A stretch of DNA of 64,000 nt from an uncultured Alistipes sp. (GTDB lineage: Bacteria > Bacteroidota > Bacteroidia > Bacteroidales > Rikenellaceae). The translations under genes were made by a program, and so were the position numbers. Shown piece after piece: positions 33,072 through 42,317 of the stretch; positions within the stretch are counted from its first letter, which is position 1; each line of letters opens with the position of its first letter. The notes beneath the pieces were generated by a model, which saw nothing but the letters and a program-made list of their open reading frames with translations, searched no databases and was not told where the DNA came from. The stretch is taken from the NCBI GenBank assembly GCA_900539755.1, contig UQDC01000006.1, positions 45,177 through 109,176 of the forward strand. The letters are read 5' to 3'.

Positions 33072-33237
33072 ACGGTTCGGTTTCGTTTGCAAGTGTTGGA
33101 CAAAAAGCCCTTTTGAACGTGCAGCGACGTTTCGGGAACCAATACGAAACAACCGACCGATGATGCCGGTGTGTTGCCAACCCATTTCGCCGCAGGTTGT
33201 CGGGCAATCGTGCAAAGGCAGGTCTTCTGACTTGTCC

Positions 33238-33400
33238 CAACTCTCCACGCCTTCCCGTCCGGCTATCGAACAGTGGCCAATGAGGAGAGTGTCGTCTCTG
33301 GGTGAGACGGGATTCACAGCAGCGGGAACTGTTGCCGATTTACACAGCATTCCCTTTTAATCCCCTGATAAACCTCTTTTTCGGGGGAACCGTTGCGTGA
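33238..33400 (-). promoter_or_regulatory. cobalamin (B12) riboswitch
   Basis: The minus-strand RNA carries, in canonical order, AAAAGGGAA, GCTGCTGTGAATCCCG, the B12 box GGCCACTG and CGGGAAGGC. It lies about 170 nt upstream of the btuG-like start. Confidence 0.8.
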
Positions 33401-33824
33401 CAAAAGTGCACTTTTTTTCAGACAAAACCAAATAAGCTCAAACTCTGGGGCCGATCTCAGTCGGGGAAGCAGAATTCGCAATTCCAAAATAGCGTATGAG
33501 AAGATCTGAGTCGGGCCCCTTGTTGTATTTTGTCTGTGAGAGACTGTTTGGTCCGACGCAATCCGTAATCTCAATCCAGTTCACATGAATAGTACTATCA
33601 TTACAATAGCGGGCAGCGTTTTTCGGAATCGAACGATTTGTCTGCAATATCCGGCTCCATGCATTATATATTAAAGTATTCTTCTTATCTTGCTTTGTCG
33701 TTTGAAAACAGAGTGACCGAAAAAGATAACTGAATTTCAATTTCGCGTTTCGAGTTTTTATCCCTATATTTGTTATTGGAATAACACCACTGCTTAACTA
33801 ACGACTAATAAACGCATTAGTATT

Positions 33825-35687
33825 ATGGCAAAGAAAATTTTAATTAGGGACTTGACCCTTCGTGACGGTCAACAATCCTCGTTCGCCACGCGTATGAATC
33901 AAAGTCAGGTTGATAGCGTCCTCCCCTTTTACAAAGAGGCAGGCTTCTACGCTATGGAAGTATGGGGTGGTGCGGTACCTGATTCGGTAATGCGCTATCT
34001 GGGCGAAAACCCTTGGGATCGTCTGGAAAAGATAAAAGCTGCGGTGGGTGATGTGTCCAAACTGACCGCTCTTTCACGGGGACGCAACCTCTTCGGATAC
34101 AGCCCCTATACGGATGAAATCATCGAAGGTTTCTGTCGCAATGCTATCGAGTCAGGACTCGGTATCATGCGTATCTTTGACGCCCTGAATGATGTAGATA
34201 ATGTGAAATCTACCATCAAATATGTGAAAAAATATGGCGGATTGGCCGATTGTGCCGTCTGCTATACGATCGACCCCCATTTCTCGGCAGGAGAACGTCT
34301 GGTCTCTCTGTTGAAGGGTAAAAAATTGCCCGGTAAGGTCTTTACTGATGCCTACTTCCTGAAAAAGGCTCAGGAAATGGAGGCCCTGGGAGCCGACATG
34401 GTCACCATCAAAGATATGAGCGGTCTGATCCCGCCCAAACGGGTCGCAACCTTGATCCGTCTGTTCAAACAGAATCTGAAGGTGCCCGTTGACTTCCATA
34501 CTCACTGTACTCCGGGTTATGGATTGGCTTCCGTGCTGTCGGCTATTGTGGCCGGTGCTGATATTGTCGATACCAATATCTGGTATTTCGCCGGTGGCCC
34601 CGCTGCTCCAGCTATCGAATTGATCTATCTCTTCTGCAAGAAACTGGGCATCGAACTGGATGTCAATATGGAGGCTGTGGCCAAAATCAATGTCGAACTG
34701 CTCCGAATCCGCAAAGAGTTGGAACAGTACGATGCCGTCAAACAGTTCCCCAATCCGTTCAATCCATTGACCGATACCCTCCCGGCAGAAATTGACAAGG
34801 AGTTTGACCGTGCCATTGCAGCTGCCAAGAGTATGAATGAAGCCGAACTGATCGAGGCTTGTCATGCCATCGAACGTTACTTCAACTTCCCGGCTCCGAA
34901 CGAATTGGTTAAAAAGGCCGAAATCCCGGGCGGTATGTACACCAATATGGTGGCACAGCTCAAACAGCTCAAGGCCGAAGATATTCTCGAAAAGGCAATG
35001 GAGCTGATTCCTCGCGTGCGTCTGGATGCCGGTCTGCCTCCGTTGGTGACGCCGACCAGTCAGATCGTAGGTGCTCAGGCGGTGAACTGTGCTCTCGATG
35101 CCCGTAACGGCAAGCCGATGTATTCGAATGTGTCGAATCAGTTTGTCGGTTTGGTGAAAGGGGAGTATGGCCATACCCCTGTGCCGGTAGATCCGGAGTT
35201 CCGTTTCAAAATTGCCGGGGTGCGTGAAGAGACGCCATACGATACCTCGAAAAATCAGATGCAGCCCAATCCGGTGCTGGAGGATTGCGGTGGCGTTAAG
35301 TTGGCCGAAAACGAGAAAGAGGTGCTGTTGCTTGAGCTCTTCCCGTTGGTAGCCAAAAAGTTCCTGACCGATCAGAAAAAACAGCGTTACGAACAGAATA
35401 AACCGGTTGAAGAGGAGGTAAAGGCTCCTGTCGAAAAAGAGGAGGCCCCACGTGCTGCCGCTGAACCGATTACGGGAACTGTAGTCAGTGCTCCGATGCC
35501 GGGCCGGATTATTCAGGTGATGGTCAAACCGGGTGACGTGGTTAAATCGGGACAGGATGTGGTGATTCTGGAGGCGATGAAGATGGAGAACAGTATCATG
35601 GCCAACAAAGCGGGTACCATCAAACAGGTACTGGTTTCCGAAGGTGAGGCTGTGGCTGCTGATGCTCCGTTGGTGGAGATTGTTTAA
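33825..35687 (+). CDS. biotin-dependent carboxyltransferase with a C-terminal biotinyl domain (oxaloacetate decarboxylase alpha / pyruvate carboxylase subunit B family)
   Basis: N-terminal HMGL-like TIM barrel (LRDGQQS, FHTHCTPGYG) and a C-terminal biotinyl-lysine motif EAMKMEN. Confidence 0.85.
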   Translation: MAKKILIRDLTLRDGQQSSFATRMNQSQVDSVLPFYKEAGFYAMEVWGGAVPDSVMRYLGENPWDRLEKIKAAVGDVSKLTALSRGRNLFGYSPYTDEIIEGFCRNAIESGLGIMRIFDALNDVDNVKSTIKYVKKYGGLADCAVCYTIDPHFSAGERLVSLLKGKKLPGKVFTDAYFLKKAQEMEALGADMVTIKDMSGLIPPKRVATLIRLFKQNLKVPVDFHTHCTPGYGLASVLSAIVAGADIVDTNIWYFAGGPAAPAIELIYLFCKKLGIELDVNMEAVAKINVELLRIRKELEQYDAVKQFPNPFNPLTDTLPAEIDKEFDRAIAAAKSMNEAELIEACHAIERYFNFPAPNELVKKAEIPGGMYTNMVAQLKQLKAEDILEKAMELIPRVRLDAGLPPLVTPTSQIVGAQAVNCALDARNGKPMYSNVSNQFVGLVKGEYGHTPVPVDPEFRFKIAGVREETPYDTSKNQMQPNPVLEDCGGVKLAENEKEVLLLELFPLVAKKFLTDQKKQRYEQNKPVEEEVKAPVEKEEAPRAAAEPITGTVVSAPMPGRIIQVMVKPGDVVKSGQDVVILEAMKMENSIMANKAGTIKQVLVSEGEAVAADAPLVEIV

Positions 35688-35888
35688 TTGCTGATCGAAT
35701 CGCTTGAAAGAGTGGGTGAGTGAATGGAGCTGTCGGTCCGGCGATCCTTGCGACCTTGCGACTTTGCAGTCTTTGCAGCCCCCTCACTTCCTACAGTATC
35801 TACATTTGATTATACTATATCAGTTTGGTTTTTGAATAACAGAGGCTGCGATGCATATAAGGTAGCCATTGAAATAGTGTGATGATCT

Positions 35889-35935
35889 TCAGAGAAAGAG
35901 TATTTGTTGAAAATACTCTTTCTCTTTTTTTGTTT
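35889..35935 (+). terminator. rho-independent terminator after the oadA-like gene
   Basis: Long hairpin agagaaagagtatttgttgaaaatactctttctct followed by a T-run. Confidence 0.8.
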
Positions 35936-35996
35936 GGAGTGATTATAAGACTCGTATGCAGTGGCCGAAACAAAATCTCTGGTCGAGTGCTATGGA

Positions 35997-36061
35997 TTTG
36001 AATGAGTCGAATGAGTCGAATGAGTTGGAATGGGTTGGAAGGGTTGGAAGGGTTGGAAGGA
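35997..36061. repeat. tandem 9-mers (GAATGAGTC)x~3 followed by (GGGTTGGAA)x~4
   Basis: Sequence reads gaatgagtcgaatgagtcgaatgagttggaatgggttggaagggttggaagggttggaagg. Confidence 0.85.
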
Positions 36062-36539
36062 GTGAAGTGGATTGAATAGAATAGGTGAGGGATACGTAGA
36101 TGAGGATTGTGGATTTGTTATCCTGTAATTTAAGGTAATCCGACAGAATCCCTTTTGAGAGGGAGGAAAAAGTGAGCGGAGCAATTCGGAATGGATTTGA
36201 TTCGGGATGGTAGAGTGGGGCTATGCGAGTGGTGGAGCGAATTGCATAGTGAAGGATGAGGGAGTGCATCAATATTATTATAGTGTATTAGGCGGTATAT
36301 AATAGCAGTGCATTATATAAATTAGGGAGGATATATATAATAGTAAGGTTGGATTGGCCTATTATAATTGGGGTGCGGTGCATATAACGGGGTAACGCTA
36401 TAACGGATCTGTACATGCAGAGACAAATCTATCGCTACTCCGATTGAACAATGCGTATCTGTATGCTGTGAAAACGTTAGGTTAGCGGTTTTTCGGCAGG
36501 TCTTTTGTCGGTCCGGTGGGGTAAAGGTCTGCTACACGA

Positions 36540-37060
36540 TTTGTTGCATGATTTGCCGTGTGATTTGCTGTGTGATTTGCGATATAAGGTGTTCTATGGT
36601 TTACTCTGTGAACGCCTGCACGATGCTGTGTGAGTGCGTACATGATTTATTTTGTGTGGGAGGCAGCACACCATGTTGTGTGAGTATGTTGCATGAATTT
36701 GCTTTGCGAGTCGCAGCATGAATTGGTGTGTCAGTGTACCGCATGGTTTATGTTGTGTGTGTCAGCAGGCCGTGCTGAATGAGTGTGTTGCATGATTTGC
36801 TTTGCGAGTCGTAGCATGAATTGGTGTGTCAGTGTACCGCATGGTTTATGTTGTGTGAGTGGCAGCACACCATGTTGTGTGAGTATGGTGCATGAATTTG
36901 CTTTGCGAGTCGCAGCATGAATTGGTGTGTGAGTGCGCCGCATGATTTACTTTGCGAGTCGCAGTCCGGATTGCTGTGTGGAAACACTGCATAATTATTT
37001 ATAGTGTGAGTCGCCGCATGAAAGATCGTAGGTATTGTATGAATGGCCGTATATGCTGCA
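36540..37060. repeat. degenerate ~100-bp tandem repeat array (3 full copies plus partial copies) upstream of nuoA
   Basis: The unit ttgcatgaatttgctttgcgagtcgcagcatgaattggtgtgtcagtgtaccgcatggtttatgttgtgtg recurs at about 36689, 36788 and 36888. Each copy carries the palindrome TGCGAgTCGCA flanked by GCATGAATT direct repeats. More degraded copies flank the array. Confidence 0.8.
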
Positions 37061-37184
37061 TGAATTCTTGCAAGACACACCTCCCTACATCACTCTTTAT
37101 CTAAAACGATCAGGGTAAATCCGGCGTTTCGGTTTCCAGTTTTCATTTGCACCCATCTCCGTGAAAAACAGTGACAATAAAAAG

Positions 37185-37226
37185 CCTTTTTTGTTGGTTG
37201 TTCCGCGAATATTTCGCTATATTTGC
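37185..37226 (+). promoter_or_regulatory. candidate Bacteroidota-type promoter of the nuo operon (-33 TTTG, -7 TATATTTG)
   Basis: TATATTTG matches the TAnnTTTG -7 consensus, with TTTG about 20 nt upstream and about 90 nt before the nuoA ATG. Confidence 0.45.
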
Positions 37227-37316
37227 GCCGCGTATCGTGTCTGCTGGCCAGAGCCCTGGATCAGAAGACGCAATTTTCGTTTTCACTTTTTGATTACCAA
37301 TAAGATACCATAACTT

Positions 37317-37667
37317 ATGAATCAGACACTGTTTGTTACCGTCTTGATTACAGCGGTAATGCTTGTCGTAGCGGCTTTGGGCACTGCATTGCTCATCGCT
37401 CCCCGCTCGTTCAACAAGCAGAAAGGTGAAGCTTACGAGTGCGGTATTCCCACCCGCGGAAAATCGTGGATGCAGTTCAAGGTGGGATACTACCTCTTCG
37501 CAATCCTCTTCCTGATGTTCGACGTCGAGGCCGTATTTCTCTTCCCTTGGGCTGTGATCCTGCGTGAAGTGGGCGTACAAGGTCTCGTGACGATCCTGTT
37601 CTTCTTGTTTATCTTGGTTCTGGGCCTGGTTTACGCCTGGAGGAAAGGAGCTTTGGAATGGAAGTAA
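37317..37667 (+). CDS. nuoA: NADH-quinone oxidoreductase subunit A
   Basis: 116 aa with 3 TM helices and the NuoA motif ECG. Confidence 0.9.
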   Translation: MNQTLFVTVLITAVMLVVAALGTALLIAPRSFNKQKGEAYECGIPTRGKSWMQFKVGYYLFAILFLMFDVEAVFLFPWAVILREVGVQGLVTILFFLFILVLGLVYAWRKGALEWK

Positions 37668-38260
37668 AAATCAAATCGATGAAATACGAGGACTTCAAGG
37701 ATAACGAGTACTTGGAGACCTACGCAGAACTGCAGCACGCAGGTGCACCTGTCACCATCGGTATCCTGGACGATATGATCGACTGGTGCCGTGCAAACTC
37801 CCTCTGGCCGCTCAACTTCGGAACCAGCTGCTGCGGTATCGAGTTCATGTCGATCGGCGCCGCCCGATATGACTTCGCCCGGTTCGGGTTTGAGGTAACA
37901 CGTGCCAGCCCGCGCCAGGCTGACGTTATCGTTGTGGCCGGTACTATTACACACAAAATGGCGCCTGTGTTGAAACGTCTTTACGACCAGATGGCCGAGC
38001 CTAAATATGTGATCGCCATGGGGGCTTGCACCATCTCCGGCGGCCCATTCAAAAAATCGTATCACGTCGTACAGGGTATTGATACCATGCTCCCGGTGGA
38101 CGTATATGTGCCGGGATGCCCCCCGCGTCCCGAATCGCTGCTCTACGGTATGATGCAGCTGCAGCGTAAAATCAAACTCGAGCGCTTCTTCGGCGGCGCA
38201 AACCGTAAAGAGAAGATGCCCGAAGAATTAAAGGAACAGGAAGGAGGCGACAATGAGTAA
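37658..38260 (+). CDS. nuoB: NADH-quinone oxidoreductase subunit B
   Basis: Carries the Fe-S (N2) binding Cys motifs CCGIE, GACT and GCPP. Confidence 0.93.
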   Translation: MEVKIKSMKYEDFKDNEYLETYAELQHAGAPVTIGILDDMIDWCRANSLWPLNFGTSCCGIEFMSIGAARYDFARFGFEVTRASPRQADVIVVAGTITHKMAPVLKRLYDQMAEPKYVIAMGACTISGGPFKKSYHVVQGIDTMLPVDVYVPGCPPRPESLLYGMMQLQRKIKLERFFGGANRKEKMPEELKEQEGGDNE

Positions 38261-39881
38261 TCTGATACAAGATAAGATTCTGGCACTGGCCCCCGCTGCT
38301 ACAGTGAAAGAGGGTGAAGTGCTGACCGTAACGGTTCCCGCAGAAAATTTCCACGCCGTAGCCCAAATGCTGCGTGACGACAAAGAGATGCAGTTCGACT
38401 GCCTGGTGTGCGTTACCGGTGCCGACTGGGGCGAAACAGTGGGCGTGGTGTATCACCTGCGTTCAACTGTGCTGGGTCACGAAGTGGTGCTGCGTCAGCA
38501 AACCGCTGATCGGGAAAACCCGGTATTGCCTACCGTTTCGGATCTGTGGCATTCTGCCAACCTGAACGAACGTGAAGTGTTCGACTATTTCGGTATCCGC
38601 TTCGCCGGACACCCCGATATGCGTCGCCTCTTCTTGCGTAACGACTGGAAAGGCTATCCGCTGCGCAAAGATTATGACGCAAATCCCGAACTCAACCCTG
38701 TCCCCACTACCAATGAGGAACCGGAGGACGAAACCACCGAGATCGAATTCAAGGATGGTAAGTTGGAGGTGAGCGATCACCAACTCTTCGACGAAAAAGA
38801 GTATGTGGTCAATATCGGACCGCAGCACCCTGCAACTCACGGTGTGCTCCGTCTCTGCACCTCGATCGAGGGTGAGATCATCAAAAAGATCGATGTCCAC
38901 TGCGGATATATCCACCGTGGTATCGAGAAGATGTGCGAAAGCATGACCTACCCCCAGACCCTGGCGATGACCGACCGTTTCGACTATCTGGGTGCACACC
39001 AGAACCGCCATGCGCTCTGTATGTGTATCGAAAAGGCCATGGGCCTCGAGGTCCCCGAACGTGCTCAATACATCCGTACCATTATGGATGAGTTGCAGCG
39101 TATCGATTCGCACCTGCTCTTCTACTCCTGCCTCTGCATGGATATGGGGGGTCTGACCCCATTCTTCTACGGTATGCGTGACCGTGAGAAGGTCCTCGAC
39201 ATTTTCGAAGGTACTACCGGTGGCCGTCTGATCCAAAACTATAACGTAATCGGTGGTGTGATGGCTGACATCGATCCCGATTTCGTCAAGAAGGTCAAGG
39301 ACTTTATCGCTTATCTGCCCGGCGCTTTGAAAGATTATCACGATGTCTTCACCGGCAACGTCATCGCTCAACAGCGTATGAAGGGAATCGGTATCCTCTC
39401 CAAAGAGGACGCAATCTCGTTCGGTGCTACCGGTCCGACCGGCCGTGGTTCGGGTTGGGCTTGCGATGTGCGTAAAGTACACCCTTACGGCGTATATGAT
39501 AAGGTGGATTTCAAAGAGATCCTGCGTACGGAAGGTGACTCATTCGCCCGCTATATGGTGCGTATGGAGGAGATCTTGGAGTCTGTACACATTATCGAAC
39601 AGCTTATCGATAACATCCCAGAGGGCGACTACGCCGCCAAAACTAAACCGATTATCCGTCTGCCGGAAGGTGAATACTATGCAAGTACTGAGGCTTCACG
39701 TGGTGAATTCGGTGTCTATATCGAAAGCCGTGGGGACAAATATCCTTACCGCATGAAGTTCCGTTCGTCCTGCATGCCGCTGGTTTCGGTGGTAGATACG
39801 CTTGCGCGCGGTTCGAAGATCGGTGATCTGATCGTCATCGGTGCGTCACTCGACTATGTGATCCCTGATGTTGACCGCTAA
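38253..39881 (+). CDS. nuoCD: NADH-quinone oxidoreductase fused subunit C/D
   Basis: 542 aa with an N-terminal NuoC domain and a C-terminal NuoD domain (HRGIEK, quinone-site residues). Confidence 0.93.
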   Translation: MSNLIQDKILALAPAATVKEGEVLTVTVPAENFHAVAQMLRDDKEMQFDCLVCVTGADWGETVGVVYHLRSTVLGHEVVLRQQTADRENPVLPTVSDLWHSANLNEREVFDYFGIRFAGHPDMRRLFLRNDWKGYPLRKDYDANPELNPVPTTNEEPEDETTEIEFKDGKLEVSDHQLFDEKEYVVNIGPQHPATHGVLRLCTSIEGEIIKKIDVHCGYIHRGIEKMCESMTYPQTLAMTDRFDYLGAHQNRHALCMCIEKAMGLEVPERAQYIRTIMDELQRIDSHLLFYSCLCMDMGGLTPFFYGMRDREKVLDIFEGTTGGRLIQNYNVIGGVMADIDPDFVKKVKDFIAYLPGALKDYHDVFTGNVIAQQRMKGIGILSKEDAISFGATGPTGRGSGWACDVRKVHPYGVYDKVDFKEILRTEGDSFARYMVRMEEILESVHIIEQLIDNIPEGDYAAKTKPIIRLPEGEYYASTEASRGEFGVYIESRGDKYPYRMKFRSSCMPLVSVVDTLARGSKIGDLIVIGASLDYVIPDVDR

Positions 39882-39911
39882 CCCAAGTTTAACCTGATAA
39901 TTTAAACAAAT

Positions 39912-40988
39912 ATGTTCGATTTTTCAATCGTGACTCAATGGATCGACTCGCTGCTGAGAAGCTGCATGTCGGACACAGCTGCATTGATCGTTGAGTGTGT
40001 GCTGATAGGGGTTTGCCTGCTGTTGGGTTATGCCGTAATCGCTCTGATTCTGATCTTCGCCGAGCGTAAAATCTGCGCATATTTCCAGTGCCGCCTCGGC
40101 CCGAACCGTGTTGGACCCTGGGGATCAACCCAGTTGATTGCCGATATGTTCAAAATGCTCACCAAAGAGATTATCCGTATCGACCATATCGACAAATTCC
40201 TCTTTAACCTCGCACCTTTTATCGTGATTATCGCATCCGTGTTGGCTTTCGGCTCGCTGCCATTCGCCAAAGGTTTGCAAATCATCGACTTCAATATCGG
40301 TATCTTCTTCCTGCTGGCCGTATCCTCGATCGGTATCGTCGGTATCCTGCTGGCCGGATGGTCAAGTAACAACAAATACACCCTGATCGGTGCCATGCGA
40401 AGCGGCGCCCAAATGATCAGCTATGAACTCTCAATCGGCCTCTCAATCCTGACCATGGTGATGCTGGCCGGTACAATGTCCCTCTCGGGAATCGTGGAAG
40501 CGCAGGCTGACGGGTGGTTCATCTTCAAAGGCCATATCCCTGCAATTATCGCTTTCGTGGTGTATCTGGTTGCCGGTACCGCCGAAACAAACCGTGGCCC
40601 ATTCGACCTCCCAGAGGCTGAATCCGAGTTGACGGCCGGTTACCATACCGAGTATTCCGGTATCCACTATGGCTTCTTCTACCTGGCCGAGTACCTGAAT
40701 ATGTTTATCGTGGCTTCCGTGGCTGCTACCCTCTTCTGGGGCGGTTGGATGCCTCTGCACATCAGCGGTTGGGACGGATTCAACCAGGTGATGGACTATA
40801 TCCCCTCACTGGTCTGGTTCCTCGGTAAAGTGGCCGTCATGATCTTTATCATCATGTGGTTCAAATGGACCTTCCCCCGTTTGCGTATCGACCAGCTGCT
40901 CAAACTGGAATGGAAATATCTGTTGCCGATCAACTTGTTTAACCTGTTGCTCATGGCACTGATTATCGTTTTCGGGTTACATTTTTAA
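39912..40988 (+). CDS. nuoH: NADH-quinone oxidoreductase subunit H
   Basis: Polytopic membrane protein with NuoH motifs ([11 protein letters not shown]). Confidence 0.9.
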   Translation: MFDFSIVTQWIDSLLRSCMSDTAALIVECVLIGVCLLLGYAVIALILIFAERKICAYFQCRLGPNRVGPWGSTQLIADMFKMLTKEIIRIDHIDKFLFNLAPFIVIIASVLAFGSLPFAKGLQIIDFNIGIFFLLAVSSIGIVGILLAGWSSNNKYTLIGAMRSGAQMISYELSIGLSILTMVMLAGTMSLSGIVEAQADGWFIFKGHIPAIIAFVVYLVAGTAETNRGPFDLPEAESELTAGYHTEYSGIHYGFFYLAEYLNMFIVASVAATLFWGGWMPLHISGWDGFNQVMDYIPSLVWFLGKVAVMIFIIMWFKWTFPRLRIDQLLKLEWKYLLPINLFNLLLMALIIVFGLHF

Positions 40989-41000
40989 ACAGGACGAGCT

Positions 41001-41468
41001 ATGACAGTTAAAGAATATTTTACCTCATTTTTCAGCGGTTTGCGCTCACTGTTGGTGGGTATGAAAACTACCATCAAGGTATATTTCCGCCCCAAAACCA
41101 CAGAGTGCTATCCCGAAAACCGTGCTACTTTGAAAATCTCGGATCGCTACCGTGGTGAACTGGTGATGATCCATAACGAGAATAACGAACATAATTGTGT
41201 CGCTTGCGGAATTTGCCAGATCAACTGCCCCAACGGTACCCTCGAGGTTATCTCTAAACAGGTGGTGGACGAAGAGACCGGTAAACCCCGTAAAGTGCTC
41301 GACCGCTATATGTATGATCAGGGCAGTTGCCTCTATTGCCAACTCTGCGTGCGCTCGTGCCCACATCACGCTATCAAATTCGTGAATACCTACGAACACG
41401 CCGTGTTTACCCGCAGCAAACTGATCAAGCAGCTTAATCACGAAGGTTCAACTCTTGCTAAAAAATAG
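41001..41468 (+). CDS. nuoI: NADH-quinone oxidoreductase subunit I (2x[4Fe-4S] ferredoxin)
   Basis: Two CxxCxxCxxxCP motifs. Confidence 0.9.
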   Translation: MTVKEYFTSFFSGLRSLLVGMKTTIKVYFRPKTTECYPENRATLKISDRYRGELVMIHNENNEHNCVACGICQINCPNGTLEVISKQVVDEETGKPRKVLDRYMYDQGSCLYCQLCVRSCPHHAIKFVNTYEHAVFTRSKLIKQLNHEGSTLAKK

Positions 41469-41474
41469 ACGTCT

Positions 41475-41993
41475 ATGGAACTTACATCTCAACAGATAGT
41501 CTTCTTCATCCTGGCTGCGGTGATCATCATCTGCTCGATCCTGACCGTCACAACCCGCCGGATCCTGAGGGCCGCTACTTACCTGCTCTTCGTGCTCTTC
41601 GCTACGGCAGGCCTCTATTTCCAACTCAACTATACGTTCCTCGGCGCTGTACAGCTCACTATCTATGCGGGCGGTATTATCGTGCTCTACGTCTTCTCGA
41701 TCCTGTTGACCAGCTCCGATGCAGACAAAAAGGAACCATTGCGTAACCGCCGTAAAGTGGCTGGACTGATCGCTTCGGCTGTCGGTGTGGCTCTCAGCCT
41801 ATTCCTGCTGCTATCCCATACATTCCCCGAAGTTATGGCGCTCTCCGATGCTGGTGAACTCTCTATGAAAACAATCGGCTATACGATGATGGGAACCGGA
41901 AAATACCAATATCTGTTGCCGTTCGAATTGGTCAGCGTCCTGCTGCTGGCTTGCATCGTCGGTGGTTTAATGATTGCTCGAAAAAGACAATAA
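41475..41993 (+). CDS. nuoJ: NADH-quinone oxidoreductase subunit J
   Basis: 172-aa membrane protein at the position of nuoJ in the operon. Confidence 0.85.
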   Translation: MELTSQQIVFFILAAVIIICSILTVTTRRILRAATYLLFVLFATAGLYFQLNYTFLGAVQLTIYAGGIIVLYVFSILLTSSDADKKEPLRNRRKVAGLIASAVGVALSLFLLLSHTFPEVMALSDAGELSMKTIGYTMMGTGKYQYLLPFELVSVLLLACIVGGLMIARKRQ

Positions 41994-41996
41994 GCT

Positions 41997-42305
41997 ATGA
42001 TACCAGTACAGTTTTACCTGATTGTCAGCGCTGTGATGCTCTTTGCGGGTATCTACGGATTCATTACTCGCCGTAATCTGCTGGCTATCCTGATCTCGAT
42101 TGAGTTGGTCCTCAATGCGGTCAACATCAATTTCGTGGTGTTCAACCATCACCTCTATCCCGGAGCGCTCGAAGGACTCTTCTTTGCGCTGTTTGCTATC
42201 GCCGTAGCAGCTGCTGAAACCGCAGTCGCTATCGCTATCATCATCAATATTTACCGCAATATCCGAAATATTGAGGTGAAAAAACTCAACGAACTGAAAG
42301 ACTAA
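41997..42305 (+). CDS. nuoK: NADH-quinone oxidoreductase subunit K
   Basis: 102 aa, 3 TM helices, conserved Glu in TM2/3. Confidence 0.88.
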   Translation: MIPVQFYLIVSAVMLFAGIYGFITRRNLLAILISIELVLNAVNINFVVFNHHLYPGALEGLFFALFAIAVAAAETAVAIAIIINIYRNIRNIEVKKLNELKD

Positions 42306-42317
42306 ACCGAATAGAAG

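Noticed and set aside
33072-33350. 5' extension of the propeller-protein ORF as listed in the six-frame track (start at 33350)
   Set aside because: The extension overlaps the cobalamin riboswitch and lacks a signal peptide. An internal ATG at 33071 gives a canonical lipoprotein signal, so the longer ORF is an over-call.
34152-35174. 340-aa minus-strand ORF inside the oadA-like gene and 339-aa ORF (38463-39482) inside nuoCD
   Set aside because: These are shadow ORFs within well-supported conserved genes.
36540-37060. Possible CRISPR array upstream of nuoA (repeated ~41-nt blocks separated by ~60 nt)
   Set aside because: The intervening segments are themselves near-identical between copies (cagtgtaccgcatggtttatgttgtgtg...). 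It is therefore a ~100-bp tandem duplication, not repeats with unique spacers. No cas genes are nearby.
35943-37080. Small ORFs 35943-36272, 36731-36943 and 36829-37080
   Set aside because: They lie entirely within tandem-repeat DNA. The translated products are repeat-derived low-complexity peptides.
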